The notes under the pieces are model-generated. The model searched no databases and was not told where the DNA came from. It was given only the letters and a program-made list of their open reading frames with translations. A DNA stretch of 64,000 nt. Origin: Eledone cirrhosa. Its lineage: Eukaryota. Below, in pieces: positions 23,837 through 36,174 of this stretch (positions are counted from its first letter, which is position 1; each line of letters opens with the position of its first letter). The stretch lies in assembly GCA_964016885.1 (NCBI GenBank), contig OZ024763.1, forward strand, positions 25,792,001 through 25,856,000, given 5' to 3'. The position numbers were made by a program, and so were the translations under genes.

Positions 23837-26800
23837 ATTGGAATAAATGCTCTGAAATAGCGATATATATGTGAATATAGACATAGAATATTCGAAAATA
23901 TTCTGTATGTTTATAATAAACATTTTGAAGACCTAATCGCTATAGAATAGAATACGTCACGTATTACAATTAGATTCTCGATAAAAGCAAGGGAAGTAAT
24001 CTACGCGTTTCATTCTTGTTAGAAATCATCAGGACCACATATCCAGTGCTTTTATCGAGAATGACACAGCTAGAGACTTATAGAATACTTAGCTGTGTAC
24101 AGGAACTGGTTTGAAAGAGCGGTTGCCGGTCCGGCAGAAATTAGAAATTGGAATAAATGCTCTGAAATAGCGATATATATGTGAATATAGACATAGAATA
24201 TTCGAAAATATTCTGTATGTTTATAATAAACATTTTGAAGACCTAATCGCTATAGAATAGAATACGTCACGTATTACAATTAGATTCTCGATAAAAGCAA
24301 GGGAAGTAATCTACGCGTTTCATTCTTGTTAGAAATCATCAGGACCACATATCCAGTGCTTTTATCGAGAATGACACAGCTAGAGACTTATAGAATACTT
24401 AGCTGTGTACAGGAACTGGTTTGAAAGAGCGGTTGCCGGTCCGGCAGAAATTAGAAATTGGAATAAATGCTCTGAAATAGCGATATATATGTGAATATAG
24501 ACATAGAATATTCGAAAATATTCTGTATGTTTATAATAAACATTTTGAAGACCTAATCGCTATAGAATAGAATACGTCACGTATTACAATTAGATTCTCG
24601 ATAAAAGCAAGGGAAGTAATCTACGCGTTTCATTCTTGTTAGAAATCATCAGGACCACATATCCAGTGCTTTTATCGAGAATGACACAGCTAGAGACTTA
24701 TAGAATACTTAGCTGTGTACAGGAACTGGTTTGAAAGAGCGGTTGCCGGTCCGGCAGAAATTAGAAATTGGAATAAATGCTCTGAAATAGCGATATATAT
24801 GTGAATATAGACATAGAATATTCGAAAATATTCTGTATGTTTATAATAAACATTTTGAAGACCTAATCGCTATAGAATAGAATACGTCACGTATTACAAT
24901 TAGATTCTCGATAAAAGCAAGGGAAGTAATCTACGCGTTTCATTCTTGTTAGAAATCATCAGTCCTGATGATTTCTAACAAGAATGAAACGCGTAGATTA
25001 CTTCCCTTGCTTTTATCGAGAATCTAATTGTAATACGTGACGTATTCTATTCTATAGCGATTAGGTCTTCAAAATGTTTATTATAAACATACAGAATATT
25101 TTCGAATATTCTATGTCTATATTCACATATATATCGCTATTTCAGAGCATTTATTCCAATTTCTAATTTCTGCCGGACCGGCAACCGCTCTTTCAAACCA
25201 GTTCCTGTACACAGCTAAGTATTCTATAAGTCTCTAGCTGTGTCATTCTCGATAAAAGCACTGGATATGTGGTCCTGATGATTTCTAACAAGAATGAAAC
25301 GCGTAGATTACTTCCCTTGCTTTTATCGAGAATCTAATTGTAATACGTGACGTATTCTATTCTATAGCGATTAGGTCTTCAAAATGTTTATTATAAACAT
25401 ACAGAATATTTTCGAATATTCTATGTCTATATTCACATATATATCGCTATTTCAGAGCATTTATTCCAATTTCTAATTTCTGCCGGACCGGCAACCGCTC
25501 TTTCAAACCAGTTCCTGTACACAGCTAAGTATTCTATAAGTCTCTAGCTGTGTCATTCTCGATAAAAGCACTGGATATGTGGTCCTGATGATTTCTAACA
25601 AGAATGAAACGCGTAGATTACTTCCCTTGCTTTTATCGAGAATCTAATTGTAATACGTGACGTATTCTATTCTATAGCGATTAGGTCTTCAAAATGTTTA
25701 TTATAAACATACAGAATATTTTCGAATATTCTATGTCTATATTCACATATATATCGCTATTTCAGAGCATTTATTCCAATTTCTAATTTCTGCCGGACCG
25801 GCAACCGCTCTTTCAAACCAGTTCCTGTACACAGCTAAGTATTCTATAAGTCTCTAGCTGTGTCATTCTCGATAAAAGCACTGGATATGTGGTCCTGATG
25901 ATTTCTAACAAGAATGAAACGCGTAGATTACTTCCCTTGCTTTTATCGAGAATCTAATTGTAATACGTGACGTATTCTATTCTATAGCGATTAGGTCTTC
26001 AAAATGTTTATTATAAACATACAGAATATTTTCGAATATTCTATGTCTATATTCACATATATATCGCTATTTCAGAGCATTTATTCCAATTTCTAATTTC
26101 TGCCGGACCGGCAACCGCTCTTTCAAACCAGTTCCTGTACACAGCTAAGTATTCTATAAGTCTCTAGCTGTGTCATTCTCGATAAAAGCACTGGATATGT
26201 GGTCCTGATGATTTCTAACAAGAATGAAACGCGTAGATTACTTCCCTTGCTTTTATCGAGAATCTAATTGTAATACGTGACGTATTCTATTCTATAGCGA
26301 TTAGGTCTTCAAAATGTTTATTATAAACATACAGAATATTTTCGAATATTCTATGTCTATATTCACATATATATCGCTATTTCAGACCATTTATTCCAAT
26401 TTCTAATTTCTGCCGGACCGGCAACCGCTCTTTCAAACCAGTTCCTGTACACAGCTAAGTATTCTATAAGTCTCTAGCTGTGTCATTCTCGATAAAAGCA
26501 CTGGATATGTGGTCCTGATGATTTCTAACAAGAATGAAACGCGTAGATTACTTCCCTTGCTTTTATCGAGAATCTAATTGTAATACGTGACGTATTCTAT
26601 TCTATAGCGATTAGGTCTTCAAAATGTTTATTATAAACATACAGAATATTTTCGAATATTCTATGTCTATATTCACATATATATCGCTATTTCAGAGCAT
26701 TTATTCCAATTTCTAATTTCTGCCGGACCGGCAACCACTCTTTCAAACCAGTTCCTGTACACAGCTAAGTATTCTATAAGTCTCTAGCTGTGTCATTCTC

Positions 26801-27601
26801 GATAAAAGCACTGGATATGTGGTCCTGATGATTTCTAACAAGAATGAAACGCGTAGATTACTTCCCTTGCTTTTATCGAGAATCTAATTGTAATACGTGA
26901 CGTATTCTATTCTATAGCGATTAGGTCTTCAAAATGTTTATTATAAACATACAGAATATTTTCGAATATTCTATGTCTATATTCACATATATATCGCTAT
27001 TTCAGAGCATTTATTCCAATTTCTAATTTCTGCCGGACCGGCAACCGCTCTTTCAAACCAGTTCCTGTACACAGCTAAGTATTCTATAAGTCTCTAGCTG
27101 TGTCATTCTCGATAAAAGCACTGGATATGTGGTCCTGATGATTTCTAACAAGAATGAAACGCGTAGATTACTTCCCTTGCTTTTATCGAGAATCTAATTG
27201 TAATACGTGACGTATTCTATTCTATAGCGATTAGGTCTTCAAAATGTTTATTATAAACATACAGAATATTTTCGAATATTCTATGTCTATATTCACATAT
27301 ATATCGCTATTTCAGAGCATTTATTCCAATTTCTAATTTCTGCCGGACCGGCAACCGCTCTTTCAAACCAGTTCCTGTACACAGCTAAGTATTCTATAAG
27401 TCTCTAGCTGTGTCATTCTCGATAAAAGCACTGGATATGTGGTCCTGATGATTTCTAACAAGAATGAAACGCGTAGATTACTTCCCTTGCTTTTATCGAG
27501 AATCTAATTGTAATACGTGACGTATTCTATTCTATAGCGATTAGGTCTTCAAAATGTTTATTATAAACATACAGAATATTTTCGAATATTCTATGTCTAT
27601 A

Positions 27602-27605
<4 letters not shown>
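23837..27605. mobile_element. Retrozyme-like array 2: 310-bp hammerhead-bearing monomer, about 3.6 copies (ribozyme on -) then about 8.5 inverted copies (ribozyme on +), flanked by (TA)n
   Basis: 310-bp period (ggtcctgatg at 25271, 25581, ..., 27441); inversion at 24962-24965; only two substitutions noticed (26387, 26737). Confidence 0.9.
25245..25333 (+). ncRNA. Hammerhead ribozyme of array 2 (representative)
   Basis: tggtc CUGAUGA t-ttct-aaca-agaa-t GAAA cgcg UA gatta; distal stem I attctcgataaaagca/tgcttttatcgagaat is a perfect 16-bp pairing; palindromic stem III CGCG. Confidence 0.85.
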
Positions 27606-27673
<68 letters not shown>

Positions 27674-28921
27674 GGAGGCACATGGTTTAGTGGTTAGAGC
27701 ATTGGCCTTGCAATCAAAAGGTTGTGAGTTCAATTCTCAGACCGGGTGATGTGTTGTTTCCTTGAGCAAGACACTATTTCACATTGCTCCAGTTTACTCA
27801 GCTGTAGAAATGAGATGATAGGACTGGGGTCCCTATCATTCCACTGCAAAGTGGTCGTGGAGGTGCCACGACAAAAATGCACCCAGCACTGACTGTAAAT
27901 GAGGTTGGTGTTAGGAAAAGCATCCAGCTGTAGAAATCAAGCCAGAATCAGTTCCCGTCCCATCCTTGCAAGCAGGGAAAAAGCAGTCGTAAAATGAAAT
28001 GATGATGATAATGGCTGCCCCCTCGTTATCGAGTATAGCCATTGCACAATATAACATTATTAATAATTATCAATTAATTCTATCGTGCAATGCCTGTGCA
28101 TGAAGATTTTTTTAAAGTGGGGAAAGACTGTGCACTGAGCCAATCCCACTCTGTGAGCGACAGTAGCTATAACCTGAAAAGAAGAAAAGATCAACATCAT
28201 CGGTAACTACTGATCCACAGGTTTTGTGTTGGAATTATCCCCGTTTCCTGTGTTGCCTTCTCCTAGAAGAATGCCCTGACAAAGGCTAGGGGTCCTTCAC
28301 TTCCAGTGTTATAACCGTGCGACTGGGTATCCAGCCTGATTATTTCTATGTCCCCACACTTATACACATGTATATACATCTTTACACATTTTTTTTTTGG
28401 AAGGGGGGGATAACCATTGACTCTTATGAGTTCTTCCACCCTTTGTCAGGTTTTATTTTTTGTCCTGCAGCGTGTGCATAATTTCCTTCCTCACTAAGTA
28501 AACATCTATATAGAATTGACTGTCCCATCTCAAATTAGAAACCATTCTTTCATATTTCAATCTCAGAACAAGGTTTGGAACATAAGTCGCATATGGCTTC
28601 TCGCCCTCAATTTCTTTCCTTTATTTTATTTTATTTTATTTTAGTAAAAAAAATAAGTTGTGGCTTATCTATGAATGTATCAATTATAATAATTGAAGTA
28701 GACATTAGGAGAAGATAACTCTTGATCTTAGAAGAAATTAATGAGTCACTACAGGTTTATTACCCTTACTTAGGTAAAGAAAACTTGTTTGGGCACCATC
28801 TTATGTGGATATTTATAGCGGGTCAAATGCTAGGATTAATGGTTGTGTTGTGGTGTTGGTCTTTCCAATAGCTAATTCTATCTACTGGTCGCAATCCAGG
28901 ATATGCTCCGAAATCAATAGA

Positions 28922-29011
28922 TGTGTCCGAGGAACCTGTGAATCCAGAGTCTGGTCGATCCACACACAGATCGCACCTCGAGCTGTTTGCCGGGGAAACA
29001 ATTGTAACACA
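28922..29011 (+). ncRNA. Hammerhead variant with long stem II (core CCGAGGA)
   Basis: tgtgt CCGAGGA ... GAAA caattg UA acaca; homologous to 37046-37137. Confidence 0.6.
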
Positions 29012-29077
29012 CAATAATTTGAGTTCCGATGCATCACTGATTTTTCGTTTTCCATTCTATATATATATATATATATA

Positions 29078-29410
29078 CAGAGTACCCGACCTCCCATGGG
29101 TACATGCTGAAGCATATAAACAATATGCCCCCACACCCCCCACCGCAAGGTGGTCGTGGAGGTGCCACAGCAAAAAAGCACCCAGCCCACACTGTAAAGT
29201 GGACGTGTAGGCGCCACGAAAAAGTACCCAGCACTCACTGTAAATGAGGTTGGTGTTAGGAAGGGCATCCAGCTGTAGAAATCAAGCCAGATCAGTTCCT
29301 GTATGAGCAAGGCATGGTCAGCCGACCAGACACTGCACACAACAGGACAACCCGTCTAACCCATGCTAGCGTGGAAGAACGGACGTAAAACGGTGATGAT
29401 GATGATGATG
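29078..29410 (+). mobile_element. RTE 3' UTR-only insertion (other RTE tails at 23605-23818, 35380-35662, 35685-35905, 36380-36540, 37525-37800, 57695-58290, 63783-63985)
   Basis: Near-exact reverse complement of 3064-3400; (GAT)n tail. Confidence 0.85.
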
Positions 29411-29586
29411 ATATATATATATATATATATAACTACATGGCTAAATACAATAAATGTAGTCTGAGTTTTTCGAATATTAATAATAACATTCGATTCGTTT
29501 GCAATTATGCAAACAAGCCTCAATTTTATAGCCATGTCAGTAGAATGAACACTTCATTCTTGCTCTTGTTTGGCATGCGAACAGAA

Positions 29587-29630
29587 CTGCAGACACTAAC
29601 GTTTCTGAGTATCACCCTTCATCAGTGCAG
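29587..29630 (-). ncRNA. Minimal hammerhead in the loop of a ~100-bp inverted repeat (29461-29563 / 29656-29755)
   Basis: Minus strand: ctgca CUGAUGA a-ggg-tgata-ctc-a GAAA cgttagtg UC tgcag. Confidence 0.65.
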
Positions 29631-29966
29631 CCAAACTGTCAGAGCTAGTCAAAATGCAAGAATGAAGTGTTCATTCTACTGACATGGCTATAAAATTGAG
29701 GCTTGTTTGCATAATTGCAAACAAATCGAATGTTATTAATATTCGAAAAACTCAGCTTATATTTATTATACATATATAAAGGGCGGTGGATTAGCAGTAT
29801 CGGTAGAGGGTCGGACGCCATGCTTTGACGTATGGAGTTACGGCCCTTGCCATTCTGAGTTCAAATCCCGCCGAGGTTAACTTTGCCTTTCATCCTTACG
29901 GGGTTGATAAAATAAAGTACCAGTAATGCACTGAGTACTTGCTGGCCTTGTGCCAATAGTAGAAAC

Positions 29967-30005
<39 letters not shown>

Positions 30006-30248
30006 AAGTATTTCCGAGGAAAAAGCAAGTTAGGCGTATGTTAATATTGTCTAAGGTCCTGAAACCTTTAGTAATGGAGTAGTTATATATTGTGAGGACA
30101 ACCTGTCTAACCCATGCTAGCGTGGAAGAAGGGACGTAAAACGGTGATGATGATGATAACTATATATATATATATATATTATATATATACACTATATATA
30201 TATATACACACTATATATATATATATATCTGTAAATAATCTCTCTCTG

Positions 30249-30286
<38 letters not shown>

Positions 30287-30339
30287 CTCTATATATATAT
30301 ATATACTCTCTCTATATATATATATGCTCTATATATATA

Positions 30340-30391
<52 letters not shown>

Positions 30392-30730
30392 TCTATATAT
30401 ATATATATATATATATACTCTATATATATATATATATATACTATATATATATATATATATATACACTCTATATATATATATATATATATACACTCTATAT
30501 ATATATATATATATATATACACTCTATATATGTATATATATATACACTCTATATATGTATATATATATACACTCTATATATGTATATATATACACACTCT
30601 ATATATGTATATATATATATATACACTCTATATATATATATACTCTATATATACACTCTATATATATATATCTGTAAATAATCTCTCTCTGTCTCTATAT
30701 ATCTATATATATGTATTATTTCTTCTCTAG

Positions 30731-30963
30731 ATACTTCAGATGGCTCCTCCTTCAGTATTCTAAATACACAGCCAACCTCACTGGATTCCACACATCAACA
30801 GATCCAAGAGTTGGAAGAACAGATCACATGTTCTATCTGCATGGAACGGCGTCGCAACATGGCGTTTGTGTGCGGCCACACCACGTGCAAAGAGTGCGGG
30901 GACGTGTTGAAGCAGTGTCATATGTGTCGCAAACCAATTCAGAAGAAAATCATTTTGTATTGA
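30731..30963 (+). CDS. MIB2: MIB2 terminal coding exon, C-terminal RING finger
   Basis: ctctag acceptor; ...QIQELEEQITCSICMERRRNMAFVCGHTTCKECGDVLKQCHMCRKPIQKKIILY-TGA. Two RINGs after the ankyrins fit MIB2 (MIB1 has three). Confidence 0.92.
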
Positions 30964-30966
30964 AAA

Positions 30967-30972
30967 AATAAA
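30967..30972 (+). promoter_or_regulatory. Candidate polyadenylation signal for MIB2
   Basis: AATAAA directly after the stop codon; an alternative AATAAA at 34774-34779 is followed by a GT-rich tract. Confidence 0.3.
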
Positions 30973-31614
30973 AATTAACCTCCACACCCCCTCCACCACC
31001 ACACACTCACCCACATTCTCCTACACACACACACACACACAATTTTCGAACCTCCTCCCCTCTATATATACATAACATATACACACACACACATACACAC
31101 ACATATACATGCACACAAACCACTCACTCACCCACAGTGTCACCCACACCCGCCATCTTCCGAAACATTTCCCATACATACACACATACATATATCTATA
31201 TATATATATATATACATGCTCACGCACCACACACCCACCCGCGGTCATCCATACCCACTATCTCCGCTTCATACACACACACCTACATATATACACACTC
31301 ACCCACACCCATCCACACCCACCCACAATCATCTACACCCACCCACAGTCACCATACCCACCCACACCCAATCACAGTCACCCACAATCATCTACACCCA
31401 CCAACAGTGCCCCACACCCACCAACAGTCCCCTTCACCCACCATCTTCCAAACTACCTCCCTTTCCATACGCACACATACATAAAGACACAGACGCACAT
31501 ACCCACTCACACCACTACTGTAGCCTTCATCACCGACTTGCCTCTTACCATCACCCTTCGCTCTCTCTACCTCTCTCACCCTCCCTCTTTTGCTCACTTC
31601 TGTTCCTTCCATGA

Positions 31615-31650
<36 letters not shown>

Positions 31651-31869
31651 AGGTGAAACTCCGGAGTAACAAGACTCACTACTTAGCCATAACAAATGAA
31701 TATTTAAACCCTACTTTGGTATTGAGTACTGTTTTCTCTTCTTGTCCATCTACTACATACGGATTGTGTTCTTGAGCAAGACACTTTATTTCATGCTGCT
31801 CCAGTTTGCTCAGTTGTAGAAATGAGTTGTGATGTCACTGGTGCCAAGCTTGGACATCATCATATATAG

Positions 31870-31918
<49 letters not shown>

Positions 31919-32065
31919 GATATTTAAAGGTTAAAAAAGGTTCAATGAATAAATCAAAGAATAAAGTTTTACAATAGATTAGAAGCACTCCACAGATATG
32001 GTTTTCCGGAGTTATTAATTTTAATTCAAAATATTAACAAAAATAGACATTCTTGTGATCAAGTA

Positions 32066-32132
32066 TATTTTATTATACATATTTCAGAGGTACTGAGCTA
32101 TCTTCAACAGTACATCCTCATCAGATAAAATA
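32066..32132 (-). ncRNA. Hammerhead (inverted partner of 32206-32272)
   Basis: Reverse complement of the + copy with two substitutions in stem II. Confidence 0.75.
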
Positions 32133-32205
32133 AGATGATGCATGACATACCTACCATGGCTGAATTTTAACCATCTACTTAGTCAGGGTATGTCAAGCAT
32201 CATCT

Positions 32206-32272
32206 TATTTTATCTGATGAGGACGTACTGTTGAAGATAGCTCAGTACCTCCGAAATATGTATAATAAAATA
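32206..32272 (+). ncRNA. Minimal type I hammerhead ribozyme
   Basis: tattttat CUGAUGA gga-c-gtactg...cagtac-c-tcc GAAA tatgta UA ataaaata; 8-bp stem I. Confidence 0.85.
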
Positions 32273-33672
32273 TACTTGATCACAAGAATGTCTATTTTTG
32301 TTAATATTTTGAATTAATATATCATCATCATCATCATCATCGTTTAATATATTGTTAGTCACTGGTGTCAAGCTGTATTGGCCATTGCCTTTCCCTTGGT
32401 CAATATTGGTGGCGTGGAGAGTGAAGACTGGTATGCATGGGTGACTGCTGGTCTTCCACATACAACCTTACCCAGACTTGTGTCTCGGAGGGGTACTTTC
32501 TAGGTGAAAATCCTTTGGTCATTCATGACTGAAAGGGTCTTTACCCTTATATATATATATTTATTAAAATAACAGATTAAAGTTTAAGCAAAGAATCCCT
32601 GCTTTCATCCTTAACGGGTTCTTATATATTTGATATATATTTATCCTTATCGAGCCCTCTTTGGATTTTAGTCTTCACATTTATTATTATTACTATATAG
32701 GCACATGGCTCATTGGTTAGAGCATTGGCCTTGCAATCGAAAGGTTGTGAGTTCAATTCTCAGACCGGATGATGTGTTGTTTCCTTGAGCAAGACACTTT
32801 ATTTCACATTGCTCCAGTTTACTCAGCTGTAGAAATGAGATGATAGGGACTGGGGTCCCTATCATTCCACTGCAAAGTGGTCGTGGAGGTGCCACGGCAA
32901 AAAAAGCACCCACCACTCACTGTAAATGAGGTTGGTGTTAGGAAGGGCATCCAGCTGTAGAAATCAAGCCAGAATCAGTTCCCGTCCCACCCTTGCAAGC
33001 AGGGAAAAGTGGACGTAAAATGAAATGATGATGAAATGATGATATATATAAATATATATTATATTTAGAATGATGAGAAGTGACACACGAGTTGATATAT
33101 ATTAGGAAAATAAAAAAAAACAGTAGAAAATGCTAATGGGATTTTTTCATAGAATAACAGCAAAACATTAATTTTAAATAAGGGAGACAATTAATCGTAC
33201 AGGTTTCAGGAGTTTGCACTCTCACTCGACTCCATACCATTCTCACTCAACTCCATACCACCCTCACTCAACTCCATACCACGCTCACTCTTCCTTCACT
33301 TTCGCTTGTTTTTATTTTATTTATTTATTTTTTTTCAAGAAAAAGAAATTATTTTCAATATTTATAAAAACCTCCCCAACACCACCACCACCACACTACC
33401 CTGCCACCACCACACACTACCCCGCTACCACCACCACACTACTCCGCCACCACCACCACACTACCCCGCTACCACCACCACATAGTCACATCCATCTTAC
33501 GTCACCTCCACACCTCCCATCAACTTTATCTACTACCTCCATTTCATCATCTGCGTGTGTGTGTATATATATATATAATGTGAGTGTTTGTATGTATGTA
33601 TATATATATATATATACACATGTTTGTGTATGTATGAATATATGTATATATATATATATATATATACATGTT

Positions 33673-33721
<49 letters not shown>

Positions 33722-33750
33722 GTGTGTGCATGTATATAAACATATGTGTG

Positions 33751-33783
<33 letters not shown>

Positions 33784-34131
33784 TCACACATACATATATA
33801 AACCTATTGCCTTCACATATTTTCCCGGTCACTAAATCTGCTTTACTCATGTGATTTTCTCCCACCCCCTTCTCTCTCCCCTCTTATTTCTCCCTCCATC
33901 TCATATACCACACTTTAATGACCATTTCAACACATACATCATACTCACACATACACACACTCATATATATACATACATACGTACATATGTACATAGGTAC
34001 ACATGTATATATGTATATGTATATGTATCTATATATACATGGATACATATATATATATATATATATATGAAGTGAACCTAAACATTTTGTGCTCACCCGT
34101 GAACCTTCAGTAACTCCACATTACACTCCCT

Positions 34132-34175
<44 letters not shown>

Positions 34176-35908
34176 AAAAGAATGAAACGAAATTTCATTT
34201 CTCACTATATATATATATATGTATATATACATGCATCTATGTATATATATATTTGTATGTATGCTTGTGTGTTTTCGTATATATATATATTTATATATAC
34301 ATACACACTCACACACACACTCACACACACACTCACACATACACTCACTCATACACTCACTCATACACTCACTCATACACACACTAATATCTATATATTT
34401 GGAGAAAGAAGAAGAAAAGAATTTAACACAGAACAGAAGAAAAATCAAATAAAATCAAATAAAAAAACAATGACAAAACAACAATTAACACTTCCACATA
34501 AGGAAGGAAAGAAAGAACCAAACAAAAATGAAAAAAAATATCAAAATAAAATAATACAAAATTTCCAAAAAACTAATAAGAAAAAAAAACTGTCGAACCA
34601 CTCCACTCCAAAAAAATGCAAACAAAAAACAAAACATTGCAAAATGATAATAATGATAATGATAATAATGATAATATAATTAACTGACAAAAATTAAATA
34701 ACTCAACTCCCTTTTTCCCCCACCCACCACCACCACCACCACCTCCAAAAAAAAACTATATATATATATGATGAATAAACACATTAAATTATATATAATG
34801 TATATAATAAGTAAACAACATCTAATTAAAATTACTTACTCATATTTTGGTTGTTGTTGTTGTTATTTGGTTAGTATGTGTGTTGAGGAGGGATGTGGGG
34901 CTGTATTTTATTTATGGGACTTTTAGAATTTTTCTTTCTTCTTTTTTCCTCTTCTGCTATTGTTTCTTTTTTGATGAAGGACTAATGTCTGAAACGTTCA
35001 TATTGTGTTGTTTTTTTTGTTATGCTTTTTTTTCACCCTTTTCATCTAGGGATTAACCCAATGATGCTCATTATTAATTTGTTTCTAAGTGTTTGTTTTT
35101 ATTGTTTTTACTATGTTTCATAGTTGACTTTGCACTATGTGTGTGTGTGTGTGTATATTTATATATGTATATATTTTTATGTATGTTCGAGAGTCCATCA
35201 TATATATATATGTGTGTGTGATCACCTGGTGACAAACGTTTCAAAAAGACCTGATGGCAGTCAACATCACTTGGCACAGACGTGATAAAACCGCTCGTGA
35301 TCGTGTTCGTTGGCAACTACTTACTGCTCAATGCACAGAAGAACCTAAGATTAAGAAGAAAAAAAATATATATATATAAGACCCGCCTTCCCACGGGTAC
35401 AAGCTGAAGCATATAGACAATGTGCCCCCACCCTCTCCCACTGCAAAGTGGTCGTGGAGGTGCCACGGAAAAAAAGCTCCCAGCACTCACTGTAAATGAG
35501 GTTGGTGTTAGGAAGGGCATCCAGCTGTAGAAATCAAGCCAGAATCGGTCAGTTCCTATATGAGCAAGACAAGGTCAGCCGACTGGACACTGCCCACAAC
35601 AGGACAACCCGTCTAACCCATGCTAGCGTGGAAGAACGGACGTAAAACAATGATGATGATGAGATATATATATATATATATAACATCATCATCGTTTAAC
35701 GTCCGTCTTCCACGCTAGCATGGGTTAGACGGGAGTTGTGCCACTTGAGTCAAGGTTGGTTGGGTGACCGTGTCTCACTCGTATAGGACTATCTGGCAGG
35801 CTTTCTATGGCTGGATGCCCTTCCAAACACCAACCACATTTACAGTGTGGAACTGGGAACTTTTTACCGTGTTACCTACACGGCCACATTACAGCGTGGA
35901 CTGTGAGT

Positions 35909-35939
<31 letters not shown>

Positions 35940-36132
35940 CATATATATATATATTTGAAAGAAAGGAAAAGAATGACTTCACTTGTAGTTCTGAATAATT
36001 TGATTTAATTTTATATAAAATTAAATAAAATTATTTAGAACTACAAGTGAAGTCATTCTTTCCCCTCTTTTCAAATATACCTAACTGTACTAAGGATCTC
36101 ACACATTTTCCAATATATATATATATATGTTA

Positions 36133-36174
<42 letters not shown>

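Noticed and set aside
15905-27605. CRISPR array or rDNA/snRNA tandem cluster interpretation
   Set aside because: Units are identical with no unique spacers, the context is eukaryotic introns, and I see no resemblance to 5S rRNA, tRNA or snRNA.
27672-27745. tRNA gene
   Set aside because: The tRNA-like head continues into a SINE body and RTE tail, occurs in several copies and does not form a full cloverleaf.
1831-30963. Calling the gene MIB1
   Set aside because: Only two RING fingers follow the ankyrin repeats, and exon phases join without requiring an additional RING exon.
30114-34679. Numerous YI/HT/CV-rich ORFs
   Set aside because: Translations of (TA)n, (CA)n and (CT)n microsatellites.
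34971-35000. ttgatga aggac-taat-gtct gaaa cgttca hammerhead-like motif
   Set aside because: First core base is mutated and no stem I or cleavage triplet can be formed; at most a decayed relic.
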